DNA of 48,010 nt from Gammaproteobacteria bacterium (lineage in GTDB: Bacteria; Pseudomonadota; Gammaproteobacteria; Eutrophobiales; Eutrophobiaceae), in NCBI GenBank assembly GCA_047618295.1, contig JBLHKL010000003.1, forward strand, positions 1 through 48,010, in the 5' to 3' direction. The notes beneath the pieces were generated by a model that saw only the letters and a list, made by a program, of their open reading frames with translations, was not told where the DNA came from and ran no database searches. Position numbers and translations under genes: made by a program. This document shows positions 1 through 9,310 of this stretch, in pieces (position 1 is the first letter of the stretch; each line of letters opens with the position of its first letter).

Positions 1-139
1 CCGGGTCAATTGAAATGACCCTAGTCAGCTCTTTCATATCGCTTTCTGGGTCTTCGATGGTTTCCTTAATTGCAATGTATATATCCGGCAGGGTTATTAA
101 TTTTTCAACATCGACCAGATAGTCTTGTGTATTTGACAC
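1..139 (-). CDS. HDOD-domain protein, N-terminal part (runs off window start)
   Basis: Manual translation VSNTQDYLVDVEKLITLPDIYIAIKETIEDPESDMKELTRVISIDP matches the HDOD N-terminus (LP...DP). GGAGG precedes the GTG at 139; an alternative in-frame ATG lies at 154. Confidence 0.7.
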   Translation of the reverse strand, partial: MSNTQDYLVDVEKLITLPDIYIAIKETIEDPESDMKELTRVISIDP

Positions 140-284
140 TTGTGGCGCCTCCATGTTTATCGTTATTTGTAACTAGTTAATGCTGAATTTATATTCAGGA
201 TCTGTACCAACTAAATGCGGTAATTGAAAAAATAAATAAATTTAGAAGAAAATGCTGGTTACACAGTTTCTTAAACGTGAACTA

Positions 285-411
285 TTCAGAGGGTAGGGAC
301 ATTAATTACGCTAGTGAAACAAGAAATGAACTGGAATTACTTGAGCAAAAATACGGGGACCGTTTTAAACCCGATGCAGGCTGGACAGAACTACACACTT
401 ATTTGACATAA
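285..411 (+). pseudogene. Decayed 3' remnant of a FadJ/FadB-type fatty-acid oxidation multifunctional enzyme gene
   Basis: Reads FRG*G, then a frameshift, then INYASETRNELELLEQKYGDRFKPDAGWTELHTYLT*. This resembles the PFRGGP..Y....YGxRFxPDxGW C-terminus of that family. Confidence 0.45.
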
Positions 412-432
412 TCTGAATACTTATTAAGTAAT

Positions 433-450
433 TTCACATAGTCATCACAT
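433..450 (+). promoter_or_regulatory. OmpR-family (ColR-type) direct-repeat box upstream of the response regulator
   Basis: TTCACA-tagtc-ATCACAt with 11-bp period; a near-identical copy lies at 2501-2518. Confidence 0.65.
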
Positions 451-497
451 GACTTGTTGTGTAATGTTTCATATTTAACACAACATTGGCTTAAGTT

Positions 498-1199
498 ATG
501 TCCGCAAATAATCAGGGTCATCTACTTCTCATAGAAGATCATTATGATATTGCTGAAATGGTATGTGAGTATCTTGAACGATGCGATTACGTCATGGATC
601 ATGCCGCCGATGGTGTGACCGGTTTACACCTTGCCGTAAGTAATGACTATGATGCCATTATCCTTGATCTCATGCTGCCTGGTATGGATGGTATTGCTCT
701 GTTAGAAAAAGTACGTAATGAAGCAAAACGTGTAGTGCCAGTATTGATATTGACCGCCAGAGATACATTACAAGATAAGATTGCTGGATTGGATGCAGGT
801 GCCGATGACTATCTGGTTAAGCCTTTTGAGATTAAGGAACTGGAAGCAAGGGTAAGAGCCATGATACGTCGACAACGTGGCTTGGTCAGTCCGGAGAAAT
901 TACACGTTGCTGATCTCGTATTTGATTCCGGCACCATGCAAGTCTCACGTGCCAATACGTCTATTAAACTAACGCCGATTGGCATTAAAATTCTAAAGAT
1001 TCTTATGCATGCTTCACCACGTGTTGTTAGTAGGCGCGAGATAGAACGCCAAGTTTGGGGTGATATCTTACCGGATAGCGATACTCTACGTAGTCATATT
1101 TATAATTTGAGAAAATCAATTGATAAGCCGTTTGAAAAGCAATTGATGGAAACCATGCAAAATACAGGCTTCAGAATGGTTGATCCTGATGACAACTAA
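498..1199 (+). CDS. colR: OmpR-family response regulator, ColR-like
   Basis: Receiver domain (IILDLMLPGMDG, DYLVKPF) plus winged helix with the ColR-like WGDxxPDSDxLRSHxxxLRxxIDKPF. Confidence 0.75.
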   Translation: MSANNQGHLLLIEDHYDIAEMVCEYLERCDYVMDHAADGVTGLHLAVSNDYDAIILDLMLPGMDGIALLEKVRNEAKRVVPVLILTARDTLQDKIAGLDAGADDYLVKPFEIKELEARVRAMIRRQRGLVSPEKLHVADLVFDSGTMQVSRANTSIKLTPIGIKILKILMHASPRVVSRREIERQVWGDILPDSDTLRSHIYNLRKSIDKPFEKQLMETMQNTGFRMVDPDDN

Positions 1200-2481
1200 C
1201 AGGGGAATCAATCAACGCATATTACAGGCATTCTTAGTTCAGGCTGCGCTGATAAGTATAATTGCTCTATTAGGTGTTTATGCTGCTCGTTTTGTGATTG
1301 GTGATATCTTAATCCAACGTGCATTGGACGATGAAGCATCACATTACTGGGCGATGTACGAAAACGATAACGCTAGCCCAAGGCCTGATACATTTAACTT
1401 AACTGGTTATATTAAATCGGCTGATGTAGTTATTCCGGTTGAATTTTTAAAGCTCGATCCGGGTTTGCACAAGCTAACCGATAGTAATTCAGACCTTTAT
1501 ATTGTGCATGTTTCAGAACATCAAGGTGAAGTTCTTTATCTCGAATTCGATGGTGAGCAGGTCAGTGAATTGGCTTTGTTTTTTGGTATATTTCCCCTTG
1601 CACTTTTTCTTATCGTCATCTATCTCTCTGGTTGGGTGTCATATCGCTTTTTATCACAGGCAGTCTCGCCAATAATTAAAATGGCGAAAACGCTTGAGGT
1701 GTTAGATCCATTAAGCGATGAGTTTTCTGAAAAGCTTAAACAAGCCCTGCCAGACAACGTTGATCAGGAAGTTGCTATTTTATCTCAAGCATTGTCGGGT
1801 TTATCTGAGAGGATTGAATCATTTGTTGTGCGTGAACGTAATTTTACTCGAGATGCGAGTCATGAATTACGTAGTCCTATAACCGTAATCAAGATTGCTA
1901 CGGATTTATTATTGGAAGATGAGACGCTTAATGAATCTCAGACAAGACCCTTGCAGCGTATAAAGAATAATGCTGCAGATATGGAAGAATTAATTGAGGC
2001 CCTGTTGATACTTGCCAGAGAGTCAGACAGTGCATTATCTTTCGAGCTAGTCTGCATCAATGATGTTGTAGCAGAAGAGGTTGAAAGGACAAACAGTCTT
2101 TTGGTAAATAAACCGGTAAACGTCTCTGTTATAGAAAACAATAAATTGTATGTAATCGGATCAGATAAGGTACTGTCGGTAATGATCGGTAATCTAATAC
2201 GCAATGCGTTTTCTTATACTGATGAAGGCAGTGTCAACATTACTATCTCTGCGAATGACCTGATTATTGAGGACAGCGGTATCGGGATCGCAAAAGAAGA
2301 CGTTGAAAAAATGTTTAAACCATTTCAGCGGGGCAATAATAAACAACGTGGTGGCTATGGCGTAGGTTTAACCATTGTTAAAATGTTGTCCGAGCGGTTT
2401 CACTGGGCCATTGATGTTGACAGTCAATTAGGCTCTGGTACGAGAGTAAAAATTAACTTCCCGGAAGCTTCATCAGAATAA
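1189..2481 (+). CDS. colS: Sensor histidine kinase, ColS-like
   Basis: Two TM segments, H-box FTRDASHELRSP, N-box NLIRNA, G boxes DSGIG and GYGVGL. The ATG at 1189 overlaps the regulator's 3' end. Confidence 0.75.
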   Translation: MTTNRGINQRILQAFLVQAALISIIALLGVYAARFVIGDILIQRALDDEASHYWAMYENDNASPRPDTFNLTGYIKSADVVIPVEFLKLDPGLHKLTDSNSDLYIVHVSEHQGEVLYLEFDGEQVSELALFFGIFPLALFLIVIYLSGWVSYRFLSQAVSPIIKMAKTLEVLDPLSDEFSEKLKQALPDNVDQEVAILSQALSGLSERIESFVVRERNFTRDASHELRSPITVIKIATDLLLEDETLNESQTRPLQRIKNNAADMEELIEALLILARESDSALSFELVCINDVVAEEVERTNSLLVNKPVNVSVIENNKLYVIGSDKVLSVMIGNLIRNAFSYTDEGSVNITISANDLIIEDSGIGIAKEDVEKMFKPFQRGNNKQRGGYGVGLTIVKMLSERFHWAIDVDSQLGSGTRVKINFPEASSE

Positions 2482-2500
2482 AGATGTCGTTTTTAGCTTC

Positions 2501-2539
2501 TTCACATAGTCTTCACATCTGCTCGACTGCCTGTTCACA
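2501..2539 (+). promoter_or_regulatory. ColR-type direct-repeat box upstream of the lipid operon
   Basis: TTCACA at 2501, 2512 and 2534 (all in 11-bp phase), followed by -10-like TATAAG at 2548. Confidence 0.7.
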
Positions 2540-2576
2540 GTCAGGATTATAAGCTACTTAAAAATAAAGGGTATTT

Positions 2577-3530
2577 ATGAGCGTAAATTCAGAAACATCG
2601 AGCAATCCATCTATTTCCCAAAAGTTTTGGCGTTGGATATTTAATGATGCCTCCTTGTATGAAGGTTTAAGCGATGAAGAGAAGCATCAGATCGATGGTT
2701 TTAGATTGGTGGTGTTTATCTCTATGCATATTGCTTGCTTAAGTGTTTTTTATGTAGGTATTAGTTGGGTTGCTGTTGCTCTAATGTTGACATTGTATTT
2801 AGCCAGGATGTTTTTTATTACTGCGTTTTATCATCGATATTTTTCTCATCGTACTTATGCTGTGTCACGCCCGATTCAATTCTTAATGGCCTTTTCCGGT
2901 TGTACGGCAGGACAGCGGGGCCCGTTATGGTGGGCGGGGCATCATCGGGGCCATCATGTGAATTCAGATACAGAGATTGATCCACATTCGCCAAGGAATG
3001 GGTTTCTGAATAGCCATATGCTTTGGTTCTTTCGCCGAGGCAATTTCTGCTTACACGATCACCGTATAAAAGATTTACTCAAATATCCCGAGCTTAGATT
3101 ATTGGAAAAATTTGATTGGGTGCCTTTCCTGCTTTTATTTTTAGCGTGTTATATTCTAGGTGAAATTCTGGCAGCGTATATTCCTGCTTTGAATACCAGC
3201 GGACTACAACTTCTAGTATGGGGCGCACTTGTGTCAACGGTTGTTCTCTATCATGCCACCTACACTATTAATTCACTAGCACATGTCTTTGGTAAGCGTC
3301 GGTTTGATACCGATGATGATAGCCGAAATAATATTTGGTTAGCTTTTTTAACTCTTGGTGAGGGTTGGCATAATAATCATCATCGTTACCCGGCTGCAAC
3401 ACGACAAGGTTTTTATAGTGGTGAAATAGATATCAGTTTTATGTTGATCAATATGCTTGCCGCAGTTGGCCTTGCTAAAGATCTAAAACCCGTGCCAGTA
3501 CATATACTGGAAGAAGGCCGGCGACGATGA
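2577..3530 (+). CDS. Membrane fatty-acid (acyl-CoA delta9-type) desaturase
   Basis: His boxes HRYFSH, HRGHH, HNNHH; LTLGEGWHNNHH motif. Confidence 0.9.
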   Translation: MSVNSETSSNPSISQKFWRWIFNDASLYEGLSDEEKHQIDGFRLVVFISMHIACLSVFYVGISWVAVALMLTLYLARMFFITAFYHRYFSHRTYAVSRPIQFLMAFSGCTAGQRGPLWWAGHHRGHHVNSDTEIDPHSPRNGFLNSHMLWFFRRGNFCLHDHRIKDLLKYPELRLLEKFDWVPFLLLFLACYILGEILAAYIPALNTSGLQLLVWGALVSTVVLYHATYTINSLAHVFGKRRFDTDDDSRNNIWLAFLTLGEGWHNNHHRYPAATRQGFYSGEIDISFMLINMLAAVGLAKDLKPVPVHILEEGRRR

Positions 3531-4780
3531 AGATTGCTATAGTCGGCACGGGTATCTCCGGCCTAACAGCCGCATATATGTTACATCGTGAACATGATGT
3601 GCATGTGTTCGAAGCTAATAATTATATTGGCGGGCATACCAATACAATTCTTGTCAAAGAAGACAATAAAGAAATCCCTGTTGATACTGGCTTCATTGTT
3701 TTCAACAAAACTAACTATCCAAATCTATGCAGATTGTTTGATGTCTTGAATGTAGAGAGTCGAGAGTCTGACATGAGTTTCAGCGTTCATTGCGAGAAGA
3801 CGGGTTTAGAATACAACGGCAGTGATCTTAACCGCGTGTTTAGCCAGCGTAAAAATATTCTTAACCTAGAATTTTGGCGTATGTTGAAAGATATCATGCG
3901 ATTCAATGATGAATCACCTGCTGCATTACGCAATGGTATTGATGACATAGTTACCGTTGCCGAGTTTGCAAAGAAGAATAAGTATTCTGAGAAGTTTATT
4001 GAATATTATCTTATCCCTCTTGGTGCTTCTTTATGGTCCAGTCCAGCAGCACAGTTTCGTCGCTTTCCTATAAAGTTTGTCCTGGAGTTTTTGGATAACC
4101 ATTGCATGTTACAGGTTAATGACCGTCCACAATGGCGAACTGTGGTAGGGGGTTCTTATCAATATATAGAACCGCTGACAAAAGGTTTTCGTGAAAAGGT
4201 TTATTTAAATAAAGGTGTGAGTAGTGTAAGCCGAAAAAATAATCAGGTTGAGTTGGTTTTGAGTGATGGCACAACTGAATTATTTGATGAAGTGATCATG
4301 GCAACGCATGCTGATACTAGCCGCCGCCTAGTAAAAAATATTGAGCTTGAAGAAAATAACATGTTGGCGCTTTTTAAGTATCAATATAATGAAGCAATTC
4401 TGCATACTGACACAAGCGTTCTGCCAGACAATAAACTTGCCTGGGCAAGTTGGAACTATCGTATACCTGCAACTGAAAATAATCATGCTGCTGTAACTTA
4501 CAATATGAATATGCTACAGGGCATTGAGAGCGAGAAGACGTATAGTGTTTCACTTAACCAATCCGATCAGATTGATTCGGATAAAATAATTCGACGCATC
4601 CATTATTATCATCCGATATTTCAGCCCGGTAGAGATCTCGCGCAATCACAACATGATAAGTTAATCAGACGACGCGGTATTTCTTATTGTGGCGCTTATT
4701 GGGGTTACGGCTTCCACGAGGATGGTGTCAGTAGCGCACTAGCTGTATGTGCTACTTATGATCAGGTGCTGGCGGCATGA
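3527..4780 (+). CDS. FAD-dependent oxidoreductase COG2907 (UfaD-like)
   Basis: GTGISG Rossmann motif, VDTGFIVFN, YCGAYWGYGFHEDG; ATGA overlap with the upstream gene. Confidence 0.85.
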   Translation: MKIAIVGTGISGLTAAYMLHREHDVHVFEANNYIGGHTNTILVKEDNKEIPVDTGFIVFNKTNYPNLCRLFDVLNVESRESDMSFSVHCEKTGLEYNGSDLNRVFSQRKNILNLEFWRMLKDIMRFNDESPAALRNGIDDIVTVAEFAKKNKYSEKFIEYYLIPLGASLWSSPAAQFRRFPIKFVLEFLDNHCMLQVNDRPQWRTVVGGSYQYIEPLTKGFREKVYLNKGVSSVSRKNNQVELVLSDGTTELFDEVIMATHADTSRRLVKNIELEENNMLALFKYQYNEAILHTDTSVLPDNKLAWASWNYRIPATENNHAAVTYNMNMLQGIESEKTYSVSLNQSDQIDSDKIIRRIHYYHPIFQPGRDLAQSQHDKLIRRRGISYCGAYWGYGFHEDGVSSALAVCATYDQVLAA

Positions 4781-5541
4781 ATAGTTGCATCTATGAAGGG
4801 CTGGTGTCGCATAATCGGCTATCACCACATAATCATTATTTTCGTTACACCTTATACATGATGTACCTCGATTTAGCCGAGTTACCGGAGCTATTCAAAG
4901 CTAATCCATTATGGTCTTCGAAACGCCCTGCTTTGGCGTGGTTTAGACGAAAAGATCATGTTGGTGATAGCGATATGCCGTTAGATAAAAGTGTACGTCA
5001 GATCATCAAGAAAAAAACAGGGCAAGAACATTCTGGGGCAATTCGGTTGCTTACACACTTACGCTATTTTGGTTACTGCATGAACCCAGTAAGTTTTTAT
5101 TATTGCTGGAATGATGAGGATACCGAGCTCGAATATATCGTTGCCGAGGTGCATAACACGCCATGGGGAGAAACCCATTGTTATGTGCTTGATAGATCTG
5201 AATTAGAGAAAGACTCTGATACTTATTCATTTTTAAAATCATTCCATGTCTCGCCTTTCATGGGTATGGATCATGTTTACGAATGGCATTTGCCAAAACC
5301 AGAAGAAAGCCTGATGGTTAATATGAATAGTTTTGAAAATAATGAAAAAGTTTTTAATGCTACGATGAAATTAAAAAGACAAGCGATCACCGGGTTTCAA
5401 CTTAATCGAGTATTGTTTGTATATCCCTTAATGACAATAAAAATAATTGGCACCATCTATTGGCAGGCTATGAAGTTATGGTTCAAAAAAACACCTTTCT
5501 ATTCTCACCCCAAACATATTACGCAAGAGACAACAAGATGA
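4777..5541 (+). CDS. DUF1365 protein (UfaO-like)
   Basis: NPVSFYYC, AEVHNTPWGE, KSFHVSPFM and IYWQA motifs. Confidence 0.85.
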   Translation: MNSCIYEGLVSHNRLSPHNHYFRYTLYMMYLDLAELPELFKANPLWSSKRPALAWFRRKDHVGDSDMPLDKSVRQIIKKKTGQEHSGAIRLLTHLRYFGYCMNPVSFYYCWNDEDTELEYIVAEVHNTPWGETHCYVLDRSELEKDSDTYSFLKSFHVSPFMGMDHVYEWHLPKPEESLMVNMNSFENNEKVFNATMKLKRQAITGFQLNRVLFVYPLMTIKIIGTIYWQAMKLWFKKTPFYSHPKHITQETTR

Positions 5542-6803
5542 GATCAACGACACTAAAATCAGCTGAATTTAAAACAACAGGCACGGCAAATATCTTTGTC
5601 ATGGTTGCAAAAAAGATATTACGACAAAAAATCAGCAGCCTGCCTTCTGGTTGTATTGCTATCAAAGATGAGCTTGATGCATGGCAAACCGATGTCAGTC
5701 GTGAACCGGATTTCACAATAGAGGTTCACGATCTACGCTTTTATGTGGACGTGTTGTTGGCAGGCAGTAACGGTGCGGCGAGTGCTTATCGAGATGGTTA
5801 TTGGTCATGTGATAATTTAGTCGGTCTATTTCAGTTGATGGTAAGAAATCTGGATAACGCAGATCAACTTGAGAGTGGTTTAGCTGCTCTAGGAAATTGG
5901 TGGTTACGGCGTAGACATCAATCGAGAAGTAACACGCGTCAAGGCAGTCAGAAAAACATTCATGCGCATTACGATCTCGGTAATGACATGTTTCAATTAT
6001 TCCTGGATAATACGATGACTTATTCTTCAGGCATATTCCTGAATAAACAATCATCACTTGAAGAAGCCTCTATCGAAAAACTTGATCGAATTTGTCGCAA
6101 ACTCGATTTGAAAGCGCACCATAAATTAATTGAGATCGGCAGCGGTTGGGGTAGCTTTTCTATACATGCCGCCAAAAATTATGGCTGCCATGTCACAACA
6201 ATTACTATTTCAAAAGAACAATACACTCTTGCTAAAGAACGAATAGCGGAACAAGGGCTGACCGATCTTATTGATATAAGACTTTGTGATTATCGCGATC
6301 TAACGGGAAAGTTCGACAAACTTGTTTCTATAGAGATGATTGAAGCTGTTGGCGATGAATATTTACCGGCATATTTCTCTAGTTGCGCATCACTATTAAA
6401 AGAAGATGGCCAAATGTTGATTCAGGCGATTACGATGCCTGATCAGCGGTATAAACAATATTTAAAGAGTTCTGATTTTATCCAACAATTTATTTTCCCT
6501 GGCAGTTGCGTCCCTTCCTTGACCGCGATGGTTGACGCAGTGACAAAGGGATCTGATTTACGTATCAATCATGTCGAAGAATTTGGCCTAGATTACGCAA
6601 CGACATTGCGTGTTTGGCGAGCAAACTTTAACGCAAGACTTGATGAAGTCAAACAACAAGGTTATGGCGATGATTTTATACGCTTATGGGAGTATTACCT
6701 TTGTTATTGTGAAGCAGCCTTTCTTGAACGCTATACCGGTGTCGTGCATATGCTGATGAATAAACCTGGCAATGGCAGGCAGGCAATCAGTTCAAGCCAT
6801 TAA
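5538..6803 (+). CDS. cfa: Cfa-family SAM-dependent fatty-acyl methyltransferase (cyclopropane synthase/UfaM-like)
   Basis: NIHAHYDLGN, EIGSGWG, SIEMIEAVG, WEYYLCYCEAAF. Start moved to the ATGA overlap at 5538. Confidence 0.85.
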   Translation: MRSTTLKSAEFKTTGTANIFVMVAKKILRQKISSLPSGCIAIKDELDAWQTDVSREPDFTIEVHDLRFYVDVLLAGSNGAASAYRDGYWSCDNLVGLFQLMVRNLDNADQLESGLAALGNWWLRRRHQSRSNTRQGSQKNIHAHYDLGNDMFQLFLDNTMTYSSGIFLNKQSSLEEASIEKLDRICRKLDLKAHHKLIEIGSGWGSFSIHAAKNYGCHVTTITISKEQYTLAKERIAEQGLTDLIDIRLCDYRDLTGKFDKLVSIEMIEAVGDEYLPAYFSSCASLLKEDGQMLIQAITMPDQRYKQYLKSSDFIQQFIFPGSCVPSLTAMVDAVTKGSDLRINHVEEFGLDYATTLRVWRANFNARLDEVKQQGYGDDFIRLWEYYLCYCEAAFLERYTGVVHMLMNKPGNGRQAISSSH

Positions 6804-6818
6804 GTTGAACTGAAGCCT

Positions 6819-7373
6819 ATGAAAATAACAAATTTCATCCTGTTCCAACTGGCCTGGTTTATTACAATCTTTTCAGCCGCGAAAGGAATGCCCTACATTG
6901 GCGTTGCTTATACGATGATATGGATGTTTTATCATTTATCCATAATGGATGAGGTACGAAATACGGAAATAAAACTATTTTTATTTGCAGCCTTCTTAGG
7001 TTATCTATTAGATTCAATATTAGTCGTGGCAGGATTCATAACCTTTCCTGAACACACTTTTCTGGCTGGCCCTTCTCCTCTTTGGATGGTCTGCCTTTGG
7101 ATAAACCTTGCTGCTACCATCAGTCTTTCTTTGTCATGGTTGAAAGGCCGTTATCTGCTTGCTGGTGCGATGGCAGCGGTTTCTGGTCCTATGGCTTATG
7201 TTGCAGGTGAAAAGCTGGGTGCAATTACACTATTCGGAAACACTTCTATCTTCGTTATTTCGATCATGTGGTGTCTTGCTATGCCCTTATTAATATGGGC
7301 TTCAGAAATATTTACTAGACAACAATTAATCCAAGAACAAATGATGTCTCTTGGGTTGGAGAGATCTAAATGA
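6819..7373 (+). CDS. DUF2878 membrane protein
   Basis: NFILFQLAW, PLWMxxLW, GPMAYxAG motifs; typical member of this operon. Confidence 0.75.
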   Translation: MKITNFILFQLAWFITIFSAAKGMPYIGVAYTMIWMFYHLSIMDEVRNTEIKLFLFAAFLGYLLDSILVVAGFITFPEHTFLAGPSPLWMVCLWINLAATISLSLSWLKGRYLLAGAMAAVSGPMAYVAGEKLGAITLFGNTSIFVISIMWCLAMPLLIWASEIFTRQQLIQEQMMSLGLERSK

Positions 7374-8158
7374 CGTTAGCATCAATATTTTTGATTGCCT
7401 GGGGTTTTAGTGCGTTTGTGATGTTGCTGTTATGGATGGTGCAATATAAAACAAAAAATGCGGGCATTGTTGATGTGGCATGGTCATTTTTAACGCCACT
7501 GGTTGGTGTCTGGTTAATACTTATGGATCAAACCGAAAATGGAAGTCGCCAATGGTTGATTATTGGACTTGCTCTTTTCTGGGGTTTTCGCCTGGGGGCT
7601 TTCTTATATAACCGGGTTATGAATGAGATTGAAGATGGACGCTATCGATACATGCGCGACTACTGCGGTAAATATGCGCAAGTTGTGATGTTTGTTTTCT
7701 TTCAAGTACAAGCGACATGGACGATATTGTTTGCCTTACCATTTTGGGCCGCGGCAAGAAATAGTAATCCTGAGTTAGGTTTGTTAGATATGCTCGGGAT
7801 ATTAGTGTGGGTCATTGCTATCGCTGGTGAGGTTATCAGTGATCAACAACTACACCGATTTAGAATGAACCCTGTTAATAAAGGCATTGTTTGTAATATT
7901 GGTCTATGGCGTTATTCACGTCACCCCAACTATTTCTTTGAATGGTTGCAATGGTGGGCCTTTGTTTTGATTGGCTACGGAAGTGATTATTGGTGGCTAA
8001 CCTGGACCGGCCTGATTGTTATTTATGTGTTTATTACCCGTATTACGGGTGTGCCCTACACCGAACAGCAATCTATTCGTAGTCGTGGTGATGCTTACAG
8101 AGAGTATCAAAAAACGACGAGTATGTTCTTCCCCTTGCCACCTAAGGTATTACCATGA
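7370..8158 (+). CDS. DUF1295 / steroid-5-alpha-reductase-like membrane protein
   Basis: VDVAWS, EDGRY, GLWRYSRHPNYFFEW. Confidence 0.85.
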   Translation: MTLASIFLIAWGFSAFVMLLLWMVQYKTKNAGIVDVAWSFLTPLVGVWLILMDQTENGSRQWLIIGLALFWGFRLGAFLYNRVMNEIEDGRYRYMRDYCGKYAQVVMFVFFQVQATWTILFALPFWAAARNSNPELGLLDMLGILVWVIAIAGEVISDQQLHRFRMNPVNKGIVCNIGLWRYSRHPNYFFEWLQWWAFVLIGYGSDYWWLTWTGLIVIYVFITRITGVPYTEQQSIRSRGDAYREYQKTTSMFFPLPPKVLP

Positions 8159-8520
8159 CAACTGTGGTTAAAAAAAATCGATTTGTTTCGATGCCAGCCG
8201 TTATTGCCTACGGTGGTTTCTTAATTATGTTAGTCGTCGTCAGTTATGCATTATTCTATGGTGACTTTTTTATAGAAGGCGCAGTCTTAGTCGATATGGC
8301 ATGGGGTATGGTGACGCTTGTTGACCTTTATTTAGGCTTATTGCTGTTTTCTTTTTGGGTATTATGCCGTGAAGAAAATAAAACAAGCGCTTTATCATGG
8401 TCTGTGCTGATTTTATTACTTGGTAATATGCTGTCTTGTCTTTATATTCTCAAATCATATTATGAAGCGGAGGGTAGTATGAAAAGATTTTGGTTGGGTA
8501 AGCGGTCAAACACGACTTAA
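8155..8520 (+). CDS. DUF1475-like membrane protein
   Basis: WGxVTLVDLYxG and LLLGN motifs; several TM segments; translationally coupled. Confidence 0.6.
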   Translation: MTTVVKKNRFVSMPAVIAYGGFLIMLVVVSYALFYGDFFIEGAVLVDMAWGMVTLVDLYLGLLLFSFWVLCREENKTSALSWSVLILLLGNMLSCLYILKSYYEAEGSMKRFWLGKRSNTT

Positions 8521-8524
8521 TTAT

Positions 8525-9259
8525 ATGTTTAGGATTTTTCTATTAACCGGTCTCACATTATGGCTCTGTTCAGCAGCTGCTGGTGATCGTATGACCCGTG
8601 TGGGGTATGCCTATGATAGCAATACTAATCAATTACTCTATACCGAAAGTCATCATGAGAAATACAGTGGCGGTGTATTACTGCGCTCAGAAGTAATTTA
8701 TAAGGACCCGGCGGAGAACATCTTTGCGAGTAAGGTTGCAGATTTTAGTAATAGTCAATTTATGCCTGAGTTCGCATTAGAAAACACCCGCACCGGGCAT
8801 GAAGAAAAAACGCGTTTTATAGACAATAAATATGAAGTCATTTTTAGTGAATCAAAAAATATAACCCGTAAAGAATCACAAATAAAATTTGAAGATAGTG
8901 CGATTAGTGATGCTGGTTTTGATAATTTTATTATTGAGCATTGGGATCAAATTATTGCCGGCAAGAAATTCAAGCGTGATTTTCTTGTGCCGAGCATGCA
9001 AGACTTTTTAAGTTTCAGAATCTATCAAGATGCTGTCGTGAATAAAGAAGGTCAAACTTTAAGGTTGATAAATATTGAACCAGATAGTTTCTTTATTCGC
9101 GTTATTGCGGGGACATTGAAACTTTACTATGACAGTGATAAGCCTGCTTTACGGATTTTTGAAGGCGTTTCAAATATGCGTGATAGTAAAGGCGATAATT
9201 ATAACGTGCTTATAAAATATGAAGATGTTACATCACAAGTTCTGAGTGTTAATGAATAA
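8525..9259 (+). CDS. Exported hypothetical protein
   Basis: Signal peptide; LLYTExH, DAGFDNFI and GxSN motifs; end of the lipid operon. Confidence 0.6.
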   Translation: MFRIFLLTGLTLWLCSAAAGDRMTRVGYAYDSNTNQLLYTESHHEKYSGGVLLRSEVIYKDPAENIFASKVADFSNSQFMPEFALENTRTGHEEKTRFIDNKYEVIFSESKNITRKESQIKFEDSAISDAGFDNFIIEHWDQIIAGKKFKRDFLVPSMQDFLSFRIYQDAVVNKEGQTLRLINIEPDSFFIRVIAGTLKLYYDSDKPALRIFEGVSNMRDSKGDNYNVLIKYEDVTSQVLSVNE

Positions 9260-9310
9260 GTATTTTATCTTTAGTACATTTATCCTGCAATAGTCAAAGT
9301 CACTAAAGAA

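Noticed and set aside
5460-5537. Longer start of the Cfa-type gene
   Set aside because: The ATGA coupling at 5538 matches the rest of the operon.
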